From Bdellovibrionota bacterium FG-2 (GTDB lineage: Bacteria; Bdellovibrionota; UBA1018), in assembly GCA_051382305.1 (NCBI GenBank), contig JBBCAV010000280.1, positions 1-51,191 of the forward strand: a stretch of 51,191 nucleotides of DNA, in the 5' to 3' direction. Below the pieces are notes generated by a model. The model ran no database searches. It was not told the DNA's origin and was given only the letters and a program-made list of their open reading frames with translations. Of the stretch, positions 1-7,960 are shown in pieces. Each line of letters starts with the position of its first letter. Positions within the stretch are counted from its first letter, which is position 1. A program made the position numbers and the translations under genes.

Positions 1-309
1 GTCCTTTTTTGGTTAACCAATCCGTTTGTTCCCCCTCAATAACCACCTCCCCCACTCGTCCCACGAGCAAGACTCGCAATCGTTTCAGGCTTAAGCGTCT
101 TTGCCATTTTAAAGCGCTCAAGCGATGCTGAGGCGTGATCCCAGGCTCCCTCGCGCGCACCCGAATGACCCCATGGCCGCTCAACACAGTGCCTACTCTT
201 TTTACAGTCGTCAGGTCTTTGTTGACCCTTAACTCTTTCCGGCCTTGCCTAACCCTTAAACACCTCTCTCATTCATCACTCTTTTTCAATAAATTCAACC
301 CTCTTAGCC

Positions 310-326
310 TGTCCAAGGTTTAGACA
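310..326. promoter_or_regulatory. TGTC-N9-GACA palindrome, candidate activator/repressor site for lipoprotein 1
   Basis: TGTCcaaggtttaGACA; the same arms and spacing recur at 1144-1160 upstream of the paralog. Confidence 0.5.
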
Positions 327-342
327 CCTCAGGCGGTTCGAT

Positions 343-360
343 TTGGCCCCACCCTTGCAA
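343..360 (+). promoter_or_regulatory. sigma-54 (-24/-12) promoter
   Basis: TTGGCCCCACCCTTGCAA: GG(345-346) and GC(357-358) are exactly 10 nt apart; lies upstream of RBS AGGAG and ATG 429. Confidence 0.75.
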
Positions 361-428
361 TCTATGTCTGCATCACCCAGCTTGTAGGCCATGTAGTAAG
401 AAAGAACTTTAGGAAAAGGAGTCAGTGT

Positions 429-1121
429 ATGAAAACATCATTTATCAACAACAAGACCACATTTCTGGCACTGAGCTTAGTCCTAAGCATTACCGTAGCC
501 TCCTGTGGACCCGCTAATTACGGAACCCAGCCCAGTTCTGATTCAACAGACATTGTCAGTGCTACACCTAAGGCTGAAAATCCTTCTAATCCTACAGCAG
601 GAACTTCGACCACGGGCACGGCAACCACTCCAGCCACCACCACCACCTCTGCGAGTGCCACCTCTGCCTCAAAAGGGATCCCAGCCTTTATCCAGATCGT
701 CGAGGGCATTGGTTACACAAACGCAGTTGAAATAAAAGTTCGAACGGGCAAAGTTTTAAAGCTCAAATTTGCTCCCGGCGCTCAAAATAGATCTGTCGCG
801 GGAACAGGCTTTTCACCTTTATACTCAAAACTCGGCGTCTATATCACGGTGGGATCCTACACCCAGCCTACCGAGATGCTCAGCAACGGATATGCAGGAG
901 GCGCAGCGCAGGAGAGCCACGTAATGGATTTCTCCACAAGCTTTACCAACGCCTGCTCAGATTCGAGCTGCCGCCAAGACGTCATTATCAAAATCTCACA
1001 ACCAAACTATGATTACTGGTGCATCAATTACATGATGGGATGCCCCTGGCAGAAGGTGCACTCGACTCACCCATGGAATGGGACCCTCACCATTCAAACG
1101 GATGATACGGATGCACTGTAG
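429..1121 (+). CDS. hypothetical lipoprotein (Ser/Thr-rich linker, Cys-containing beta-rich C-terminal domain); paralog of next gene
   Basis: 230 aa; lipobox VAS-C; RBS AAAGGAG; shares ordered motifs with 1296..2021. Confidence 0.85.
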   Translation: MKTSFINNKTTFLALSLVLSITVASCGPANYGTQPSSDSTDIVSATPKAENPSNPTAGTSTTGTATTPATTTTSASATSASKGIPAFIQIVEGIGYTNAVEIKVRTGKVLKLKFAPGAQNRSVAGTGFSPLYSKLGVYITVGSYTQPTEMLSNGYAGGAAQESHVMDFSTSFTNACSDSSCRQDVIIKISQPNYDYWCINYMMGCPWQKVHSTHPWNGTLTIQTDDTDAL

Positions 1122-1143
1122 CGACGCACGGTAGCCTTTAGAA

Positions 1144-1160
1144 TGTCAAAAAACTAGACA
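1144..1160. promoter_or_regulatory. TGTC-N9-GACA palindrome, candidate enhancer-binding-protein site
   Basis: TGTCaaaaaactaGACA, about 100 bp upstream of the second sigma-54 promoter. Confidence 0.55.
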
Positions 1161-1255
1161 GTCGGAAAGAGTAGACACAGACAAGTGGTTCAAACGAGAG
1201 GAACGAATATGAAGAAGTTTAGCAAAATCAAAGCGCTTCTGAAGACGGTAGCAAG

Positions 1256-1274
1256 TTGGCCCTCCCGTTGCAAT
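1256..1274 (+). promoter_or_regulatory. sigma-54 (-24/-12) promoter
   Basis: TTGGCCCTCCCGTTGCAAT: GG(1258-1259) and GC(1270-1271) with 10-nt spacing; followed by AGGAG and ATG 1296. Confidence 0.75.
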
Positions 1275-1295
1275 AGATTCACAGTAGGAGCAGTT

Positions 1296-2021
1296 ATGAA
1301 TAACAAGAGACCCAAAAAACTTACCTTTGCGATGATCGTGCTCTCCACCACTTTAGGCGCGTGCGGCGGCAATGCTTATCGGGAAGCCTCAAACACTTCA
1401 GGTACGAATGGTACCTCGGAAACGCCCTCAAATACCGGGACTTCAAGCGGCACAACGACGGCTGGAACCACAGGCACCGTACAGAGCCCCACTGTTCTTA
1501 CCTCCTCTGAGTTCCTGCCCTCGGCAACCTACAGCTTCACATTAACGGGCGCAGGCGGAACGCACCCTACAGAAAATCTCCCTCCGGTCGTCACGGACAA
1601 TATCCTTAAAGTAAAAGTTATCGCGGGATCTGCAGGCCCGATCAGTATCGCGGGCGGCAGTACCCAGTATTCGGGCTACACCGCAACCTACGCCTGCGTC
1701 AGTTTCAAAGTTACCGTGCTCGGAAAGAGCGTTCAATCCGACATGCTCAGCGTAAACGGTGGTTCTCAAGTTTGCCCTAATGCGCCCACCGAGCAAGTCA
1801 TCGATTTTTCAGATCGCCTAGGTGCAGGACACAATAACTCCGTAAGCATCACGGTGAGTAGCGCCCTCTACGACTTCGCCTGTGAGTGGCTCATCCAAAA
1901 CCCTTGGTGGCCATTGCCTTCGACGTACGGCGGATGCAACGTCAATATTCCTCTTAAACCCTTATTTAAGAATCACGTCGCGAGTGGCTCTCTTGACGTT
2001 CAGCTTAACATGACCCACTAA
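1296..2021 (+). CDS. hypothetical lipoprotein, paralog of 429..1121 (start revised from 1185)
   Basis: ATG 1296 has RBS AGGAG and gives a 23-aa signal ending LGA-C; Thr/Gly/Ser linker; motifs align with the upstream paralog. Confidence 0.8.
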   Translation: MNNKRPKKLTFAMIVLSTTLGACGGNAYREASNTSGTNGTSETPSNTGTSSGTTTAGTTGTVQSPTVLTSSEFLPSATYSFTLTGAGGTHPTENLPPVVTDNILKVKVIAGSAGPISIAGGSTQYSGYTATYACVSFKVTVLGKSVQSDMLSVNGGSQVCPNAPTEQVIDFSDRLGAGHNNSVSITVSSALYDFACEWLIQNPWWPLPSTYGGCNVNIPLKPLFKNHVASGSLDVQLNMTH

Positions 2022-3078
2022 GCAGAGGCTCGAAATCTTCGCTCTGATCTTTGCCAAAGTCTTGTGCGCGCAGCTTCGCAAGTCGCGCAAAAAAACGTTT
2101 CCAATCCTGACCACACTTTAAAAAAAGCACTTCAAAGCCTTTCATCCCGACGTTGTAAGTCCTAAATTGGATCAAGGTCGCATTATTGATTTCACGCTTA
2201 ATCCCCAGCTCAGTTTTTAGGTGTGCGATGATTTGAGCTTTTTCGGCGAGCTTCGCTTGAAGGTTATCTTGGCTCTTTTCCGGAGCAGGGCTTCGATACA
2301 AGGCATCGAGCTTCAAATACGTTTCATGAAACTTCTGAACCCGGAGATCGGATTCGGCCTCCGCTTTTTCATAGGCCAAAGCTTCCGGGGCCTGCTCGCC
2401 CAATTGCCCACGAAGAAACTGAGGGGTCATCCGATTGGCCACGAAATTTGCGAAACTTTCGTTAAAATAGCTTTGATTTTTGATGTACAGAGTCGCATGC
2501 ACAGATTCGTGAAGGACGACGTTGGCCAGAAACCCAAGCGCAGGATCGGTCTCCACATTCCCCGAAGGCGCTCCCGAAATCATGGTCGATAAAATCGCAT
2601 CACGAAACCACCCCAGCGTCGAATAGGCCCCCGCGCCCCTCACATCGACATCGAGTCCCTCCTTTTTTACGTCTTCGGCGCAAGCAATTGCATCGGCTTG
2701 CTTAAACCACCCCAAGTAGGGAAAACTCCCCACAACCGGAAAACTCCACTCTTTGGCCCTAAAGGCTAAAGGTTCACTCGCACTCACGACCCACACCGCA
2801 GCCGCGCGATTCAGCGCCACGTACTCCCGATAATTCGTGGTAGCCTTAAGCCCTTGAGCTTCACCGTATTTCTTGATTTCAGAAACCTGCCCCAAAAGCT
2901 GCCGGGTCCGGGAAGGCACTCGCTCGTCTTTCAAAACTTCTGGAATGGGGCGCGCTTTGTTCACAAGTTCCAATTGCCCGAGACTTGCCTGATAAAAAAA
3001 CCGCATCGTGGCGCAACCACTCATCGCACTGAGACTCATCAAAAGGGCAAGCACCTTAAAATAGCAATGAGAGTCCAA
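2005..3078 (-). CDS. putative zinc aminopeptidase lipoprotein
   Basis: lipobox MSG-C; W-x-FP-x-x-G-x-FPYLGWF, AYSTLGWF-x-D, HESVH and FNESFA motifs of the putative aminopeptidase family. Confidence 0.85.
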   Translation of the reverse strand: MDSHCYFKVLALLMSLSAMSGCATMRFFYQASLGQLELVNKARPIPEVLKDERVPSRTRQLLGQVSEIKKYGEAQGLKATTNYREYVALNRAAAVWVVSASEPLAFRAKEWSFPVVGSFPYLGWFKQADAIACAEDVKKEGLDVDVRGAGAYSTLGWFRDAILSTMISGAPSGNVETDPALGFLANVVLHESVHATLYIKNQSYFNESFANFVANRMTPQFLRGQLGEQAPEALAYEKAEAESDLRVQKFHETYLKLDALYRSPAPEKSQDNLQAKLAEKAQIIAHLKTELGIKREINNATLIQFRTYNVGMKGFEVLFLKCGQDWKRFFARLAKLRAQDFGKDQSEDFEPLLSGSC

Positions 3079-3622
3079 AACTCACCGCCGTATTATCTTT
3101 ATAGGTCCTAATGCTCCCGCCTGTGAGGTAGGAAGTCAACTCCGAGCGAATGGCAAAAGTTCGAGTGAAATAAATCCGTAAGCCTCCACCTAAAATTCCC
3201 GTTAACGAATCCAAAATCGCAGGCGGCGAGGTGTTATTTTGATAATGCCCCTGGGCCTCGCGATTCAACTGACCAATACCAATTTTGAAATAGGGTTGTA
3301 CCGGTACCGATTTGCCCGTGAACGCTTGAATCCAATTAGCGCTATAGATTTGATCATGAAAACTCGTGTCCTCATAATCCTTAATGAACGTGCGATCAAA
3401 AACATCTTGATAGGCCAATTCAACTTGAGTCTTCTCGCTAAAGTGGTAACCAAAAGACCCGCCCCACCTCCGATTCCAGCTATAACTGTCCTCAGAGTAG
3501 TGGCTTTGATTGAATGAAAATCCCATCGAAATCTCAACCGGGCCTGCTAAAGCTTGCCAGGGCAGAAGAAACGACGCGAAAGTTATTGCACCTATTGCTA
3601 TGAATGATTGTGGCAGTTTCAT
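3056..3622 (-). CDS. outer-membrane beta-barrel protein (8-strand type)
   Basis: signal peptide; amphipathic strands (PYFKIGIG, LGGGLRIYF); C-terminal Phe; RBS AAGGAGG. Confidence 0.8.
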   Translation of the reverse strand: MKLPQSFIAIGAITFASFLLPWQALAGPVEISMGFSFNQSHYSEDSYSWNRRWGGSFGYHFSEKTQVELAYQDVFDRTFIKDYEDTSFHDQIYSANWIQAFTGKSVPVQPYFKIGIGQLNREAQGHYQNNTSPPAILDSLTGILGGGLRIYFTRTFAIRSELTSYLTGGSIRTYKDNTAVSFGLSLLF

Positions 3623-3657
3623 TTTACTCCTCCTTGAGAAACGCTAACGAGAAAACC

Positions 3658-4722
3658 CTAGTACTCCTTGATTTGAGAAAGCTCTTCGATGAGCTTTTTC
3701 TTCTCTTGATCTTCAGCTTTAGTAAACTTCTTCTTCTTTTCTATGCCTGCATCAACTACGACGCCCGCTTTTTGCTCGCGACCATGGTAAGTATCCGGAT
3801 GAAGAATCTCTTCACCAATCGCTTCGCCGCCCGCCAGCTTTCGCTCGAGGTGAGTTTTGAGCATCGTTTCTTCGTCCCCAATTACCGAACCCGACATGAA
3901 TCCCTTGGCCGCACGAGCCGGGGACTTATTAGAAGGTACCGAAGCCGGCGCCCTCGACTTGATAACGTCTCCTCCTAAACCGGAAACAGAAGCGAGTTTT
4001 CGATCTTGCCGTTTTTGCGCAATTCTCAAAAACTTTCCTTGCTCACGTTCTTCAAGGTGAAACGAGCCCAAACGTGGACGAAGCTCAGTTATTGCGACGA
4101 CTTTTGGCGCGGTCGGCACGACCCGCAGAAGTTTGAAATTGATAGAACTCGCCTCTCCACTACTCACATCGATTTGTTTAGAGCTTTCAAAGCGATTCTC
4201 TAAACGCGCGACGTTTTCAAGAGCCACAAGCTGAGTTTCATCCCCTAAGGCCTCGGATGAAGAATCCGCTAGCAGCAGGATCGCCCCCCGCGTAAGCCTC
4301 GCTCGCGAACTCGAGGTCACGGCGCGAAACTCCCCCGTGCCGCTTCCCGCCTTGGCGTAGACTTGACCCTTATAAAGCACGACGTGATCGCCGGATTCCT
4401 TCCCATCAATGTTGCTTTCCAAAAACTGCACAAAAGTTTGATCGGAAAGACTCACGTGAAAACCATCGCGATGACGAAACTCTGCCCAACCTTTTCCTAC
4501 CGAGACCCAGCCCCCACAAGGCACTCCCGCACGCATCACGGCATCCACGAGATGGGTTCGAGTCGAGTCCATGATTTCAATTTTGCCACCAAATTTTTCC
4601 AAAACGGCGCAAGGGACTGCGGCAGAGGGATGCTGATCGATTTCAACCGCGACAGCCACGCCACTCCCCCCAAAAACGGCCAGGGCCAGACTCAGCAGTA
4701 ATTTAATCCGAAGCGGGGACAC
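3658..4722 (-). CDS. secreted FecR-like domain protein with charged C-terminal tail
   Basis: signal peptide; FecR-like pattern (DGFHVSL...LYKGQVY...FRAVTSSSRA); RKLAS and RAPAS motifs. Confidence 0.65.
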   Translation of the reverse strand: MSPLRIKLLLSLALAVFGGSGVAVAVEIDQHPSAAVPCAVLEKFGGKIEIMDSTRTHLVDAVMRAGVPCGGWVSVGKGWAEFRHRDGFHVSLSDQTFVQFLESNIDGKESGDHVVLYKGQVYAKAGSGTGEFRAVTSSSRARLTRGAILLLADSSSEALGDETQLVALENVARLENRFESSKQIDVSSGEASSINFKLLRVVPTAPKVVAITELRPRLGSFHLEEREQGKFLRIAQKRQDRKLASVSGLGGDVIKSRAPASVPSNKSPARAAKGFMSGSVIGDEETMLKTHLERKLAGGEAIGEEILHPDTYHGREQKAGVVVDAGIEKKKKFTKAEDQEKKKLIEELSQIKEY

Positions 4723-5563
4723 GGGTCACTCCTTCGGCTTCCTGCGGGTTTATCCATTCTGACTCAGTCGAAAAAGGATGTTGATCAACGAGTTCCCGCA
4801 GATGTTGTTGAGATTTACTGTGTTTCCCAAGGCGCTCTGCGACTAAGGCTTTCCAGAGACTCGCTTGCGCGAGGACGGCTTGATTCTCTTGGGTGGCCTC
4901 AGCCTTTAGCGCGCGATCCAAGAATGAATCGGCAAGCTCCATGTTATCAAGCCGATACCAGGACACGGCGGCGAGCACAAAGTTTCGAGGCGTCTTATAG
5001 GTATCGTTCTCGTCAAGGTCCGCAAGAAAGCTCAGAATAACCGCTGCCTTTTCATCCTCCCGCGCCTTGAGATACTGAACACCGAGTACATAGAGTTGCG
5101 GAGCCAAGAGATGGCTCGGCGGTTTATAGTTAATCGAAGCCAGAGTGCGCCCCAACCGCGTTCCCGTATCTGCCATCAGCTTCACTGCAAGTTTTTCGGT
5201 CGCAGAAGACGCGTCCTTTGAACGACAATCAAACTGAGTCGATTCGACCTTAAGTCTTAGATTTGAAACCTCAAACCGCAACTTCTCGTTTTCGATTTCC
5301 GCACGTCGTAGCGAATTGACCTTATCTTGAATAGAGACAATCGAGTCCCGATAAGTTTGAAACAGCCCCCCAGACTTCGCATGTTGCTGTAGCTCATCTG
5401 AGCTTGCGCTGCCCTTTTTGTCGAAAATCCTAGGCGTCCGATGAGAAAGCGATTTTACCGTCAGGCCCAGCCCAAGCGCAGAGACAAGAAGCACCCCTAG
5501 GGCAACTCCCTTCTTGCCTTTACTTAGATCCTTCCAGCCTGCAAGAAATCCATGACGGTCCAT
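4703..5563 (-). CDS. membrane-anchored coiled-coil / TPR protein
   Basis: N-terminal TM segment, heptad region, helical TPR-like repeats ending LVDQHPFS. Confidence 0.75.
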   Translation of the reverse strand: MDRHGFLAGWKDLSKGKKGVALGVLLVSALGLGLTVKSLSHRTPRIFDKKGSASSDELQQHAKSGGLFQTYRDSIVSIQDKVNSLRRAEIENEKLRFEVSNLRLKVESTQFDCRSKDASSATEKLAVKLMADTGTRLGRTLASINYKPPSHLLAPQLYVLGVQYLKAREDEKAAVILSFLADLDENDTYKTPRNFVLAAVSWYRLDNMELADSFLDRALKAEATQENQAVLAQASLWKALVAERLGKHSKSQQHLRELVDQHPFSTESEWINPQEAEGVTRVPASD

Positions 5564-5573
5564 CTCAACAGAT

Positions 5574-5601
5574 CCATCGGCAAAACCTGATGAATCCTTG
5601 A
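5574..5601 (-). promoter_or_regulatory. candidate sigma-28 (FliA)-type promoter for the TPR-FecR-OMP operon
   Basis: minus strand TCAA-N16-GCCGATGG resembles TAAA-N15/16-GCCGATAA; ends 10 nt before ATG 5563; a TGAGAA-gt-TTCTCA palindrome (5599-5612) overlaps the -35. Confidence 0.45.
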
Positions 5602-5727
5602 GAAGTTTCTCAATCGTTTTGGCATGAGATTGATATCACAGGGGAAATCCCCCCCCTGAGGAGGGAGGCATGAAATCTACGGCTCGGCAGGTTTATGTTT
5701 TCAGCAAATGGTGGTAGGATCAATCCA

Positions 5728-5964
5728 ATGGCGCCCAGAAAAAGCACATCCGTAACCAAGATTCTTGAAATGAGCGTTCATGAGCAAATCCTCGCGGTCG
5801 AGGAAATTTGGGACAGCATCGCTGCGCGCGCTACCTCCCTTCCAGTCTCTGCAACGCAAAAGAAAGAGCTGGACCGGCGCCTTAAGAGTATCGCTTCAGA
5901 ACCAGAGGCAGGAACTTCTTGGGAAGAGGTTCGCCGCCGCATTGAGAAGCGTCCCCGCAAATGA
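5728..5964 (+). CDS. addiction-module antitoxin component (TIGR02574 / Unstab_antitox-like)
   Basis: EQILAVEEIWDSI...QKKELDRRL...SWEEVRRRI signature; ATGA overlap with toxin; start 5728 lies 7 nt after extended -10 TGgTAGGAT. Confidence 0.85.
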   Translation: MAPRKSTSVTKILEMSVHEQILAVEEIWDSIAARATSLPVSATQKKELDRRLKSIASEPEAGTSWEEVRRRIEKRPRK

Positions 5965-6263
5965 GTCTTCAGCTAATCTTTCGCCCGGAAGCCGAAGCGG
6001 AGGTCGCAGACGCATATGCTTGGTATGGAGAACAAAATCCCGGCCTAGGCAGTCACTTCCTCCTTTGCATGGAAGCGGCCTTAAGCCAAATAACTCGCCA
6101 CCCCGATGCATCACCAGTGGTACATCGTAAAATCCGCCGGACGCTCCTTCGGCGTTTTCCGTATGGGGTTTTTTACATTCTCGAAGACACGCGAATCGTC
6201 ATCCTCGCAGTCTTTCACGTCAAACGCAGTCCAACGCTTTGGAAAAAGCGCTCCCCATCCTAA
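5961..6263 (+). CDS. RelE/ParE-family toxin
   Basis: 100 aa; FRPEAEAEVADAYAWY...LG..F...RRFPYGVFY...ILAVFH signature. Confidence 0.9.
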   Translation: MSLQLIFRPEAEAEVADAYAWYGEQNPGLGSHFLLCMEAALSQITRHPDASPVVHRKIRRTLLRRFPYGVFYILEDTRIVILAVFHVKRSPTLWKKRSPS

Positions 6264-6301
6264 AGTGAATTCCTGCGCAATCAGGAACCGGCACCATTAT
6301 T

Positions 6302-7867
6302 TCAAAACCCTGTAGGAGCCGCCGGCGCGGTGAAATTAACGTATTCATCATCATGCGCCAGGGTAACCAAATTATGAGTCACCGCTGCATGCGTGCCAGG
6401 AAAATCATCATCTAAAGGATCCTTCACCTGGAAAATCCCGTCGTTTACCGCCCTTTGATCCTCAGTCATGCTACAGGCGTTCACCGGCGCGTAGGTAATG
6501 GCGCTTGAGGTGGGAACAAAAACACCGTTGTCGTCAGACTTCACGCACTGTTTTTGTGCCTTGCCTGAGTTCTTAGTTTTGGAGGCGTTAGGCCCCGCCC
6601 AGTTACAGAAGAAATTTGAAATCGCATTTGAAGGCAGCGCCGCCTTTGTATTATCGAACTTGGGGCCAAAGCCATAATAACCGCAACCTATCGTTGAGGT
6701 ACTATCCGGATCAGGCTTTGTATAAAGCTGAATCACGCGGGCATGAGTATCCGTAGTTGAGGGCTGCCAAGAAAACGAAACGTTGCCCATTCCCGTATTC
6801 GGATCCAAGTTTGCTAGAATCTGCACAATATTGGCGGCCCACCCTCCATTCACCATCAGATCGCCCGAATTATCAAATACGCTCGAAGAATTTGAATCGT
6901 AGCTAGCCGCTACCACTCGATAGTTTAACGAGGACGCCGTCTTCTCATAGAGCAAAGAAAAACCAGAGATCGGATAATCTCCCGGAAACCCTATAAATTG
7001 AGCCCACAGCCGACCCCGAAATGTCGCATTCTCGGCAGAAGTAGGCATATGCTGAAGATTGGCCACGACTTGCATCGGGATTCCTGACACGGAAACTAGT
7101 GAGTTCACCGAAAACTTATGAACAGAAAATGTGCCACCACTCAAGACCACATCTCCATTCCTTAACGCCGAAGCATAGCTTACGGAAGAACCCGAATTCT
7201 GCGCACCAATCGCGGCATTCGCTAAGGAAGTCAAATCCGCCGAAGACCCCTGCTCGCCAGGCAATGTTTGTCCCAGCACTTTCATTTGACAAACGGTTCC
7301 CGCCACCGTCAAAAGAGCAATATCGATTTGCGCCGCCAAAACTCCATAAAGTTCGTTGAGTTTTGCCGCAAGACAAGCCTGAGACCAACCTTCTCTTGCC
7401 GTCCAAAATCCCAGATCACCGGACGCAAAAGTCCCCTCATAGGCAGGACCATCCAAATGATTTTCATATTCCAACACAGGCCCAAAACAACTCAAGGTCG
7501 AAGTCGCAAACGGAATTTCAGGAAGACGATACTCACAATCGCTCACACTTGCGGCAGCAAGTATCGTCGCCATCGTTTCAGCTTTCTGCACAAAGATCGC
7601 ACCCGAATCAAAAGCAGAGGTCGCGGCCGCCGAAATCAAAACTGCAGAAGGCGTAGGGCTGACACTGGGGCTAGCACTTGCGCTGGGACTAGGACCCGGG
7701 GTCGGGCCCGAAAGCGGTGAAGTAAAAATGAGCCCGAGAGGAAACGCATCACTTGCTGCAGCGCCTCCTGTCCCAGTCCCTGCGGTATTCACCGAGCAAC
7801 CCGAGATCCACCCAATCATGACAAAAAGAAGCAAGAATTGCGTGCGCATCCTACTCATCTCCTTCAC
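6302..7867 (-). CDS. hypothetical Cys-rich lipoprotein with Pro/Ser linker
   Basis: 521 aa; lipobox ISG-C; PTPGPSPSASASPSVSPTPS linker; extended -10 TGgTAGAAT and RBS upstream; exact start uncertain (7867 vs 7849). Confidence 0.8.
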   Translation of the reverse strand: MKEMSRMRTQFLLLFVMIGWISGCSVNTAGTGTGGAAASDAFPLGLIFTSPLSGPTPGPSPSASASPSVSPTPSAVLISAAATSAFDSGAIFVQKAETMATILAAASVSDCEYRLPEIPFATSTLSCFGPVLEYENHLDGPAYEGTFASGDLGFWTAREGWSQACLAAKLNELYGVLAAQIDIALLTVAGTVCQMKVLGQTLPGEQGSSADLTSLANAAIGAQNSGSSVSYASALRNGDVVLSGGTFSVHKFSVNSLVSVSGIPMQVVANLQHMPTSAENATFRGRLWAQFIGFPGDYPISGFSLLYEKTASSLNYRVVAASYDSNSSSVFDNSGDLMVNGGWAANIVQILANLDPNTGMGNVSFSWQPSTTDTHARVIQLYTKPDPDSTSTIGCGYYGFGPKFDNTKAALPSNAISNFFCNWAGPNASKTKNSGKAQKQCVKSDDNGVFVPTSSAITYAPVNACSMTEDQRAVNDGIFQVKDPLDDDFPGTHAAVTHNLVTLAHDDEYVNFTAPAAPTGF

Positions 7868-7920
7868 CTTTTCTCCTCTATCAATTCTACCATGATTTTG
7901 AAAATCCTCTCCATAAATCG

Positions 7921-7949
7921 TTGACCCTGTGTCACGTGAGACCCATACT
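7921..7949 (+). promoter_or_regulatory. sigma-70-type promoter of the cyclase operon
   Basis: TTGACC-N17-CATACT; palindrome TCACGTGA (7932-7939) in the spacer; ATG follows 11 nt later without an SD. Confidence 0.6.
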
Positions 7950-7960
7950 AAATATCACGA

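Noticed and set aside
1..323. ORF 135..323 (+) and an open minus-strand frame running off the left edge
   Set aside because: No RBS or recognisable motif; cannot be supported from this window alone
1185..1295. N-terminal extension of lipoprotein 2 in the ORF track
   Set aside because: It contains the sigma-54 promoter and RBS; the 1296 start gives a normal lipoprotein signal
5639..5658. C8 tract / CAGGGG...CCCCTG hairpin as a phase-variation site or terminator
   Set aside because: Lies outside both predicted promoters, between divergent genes, and has no U-tract
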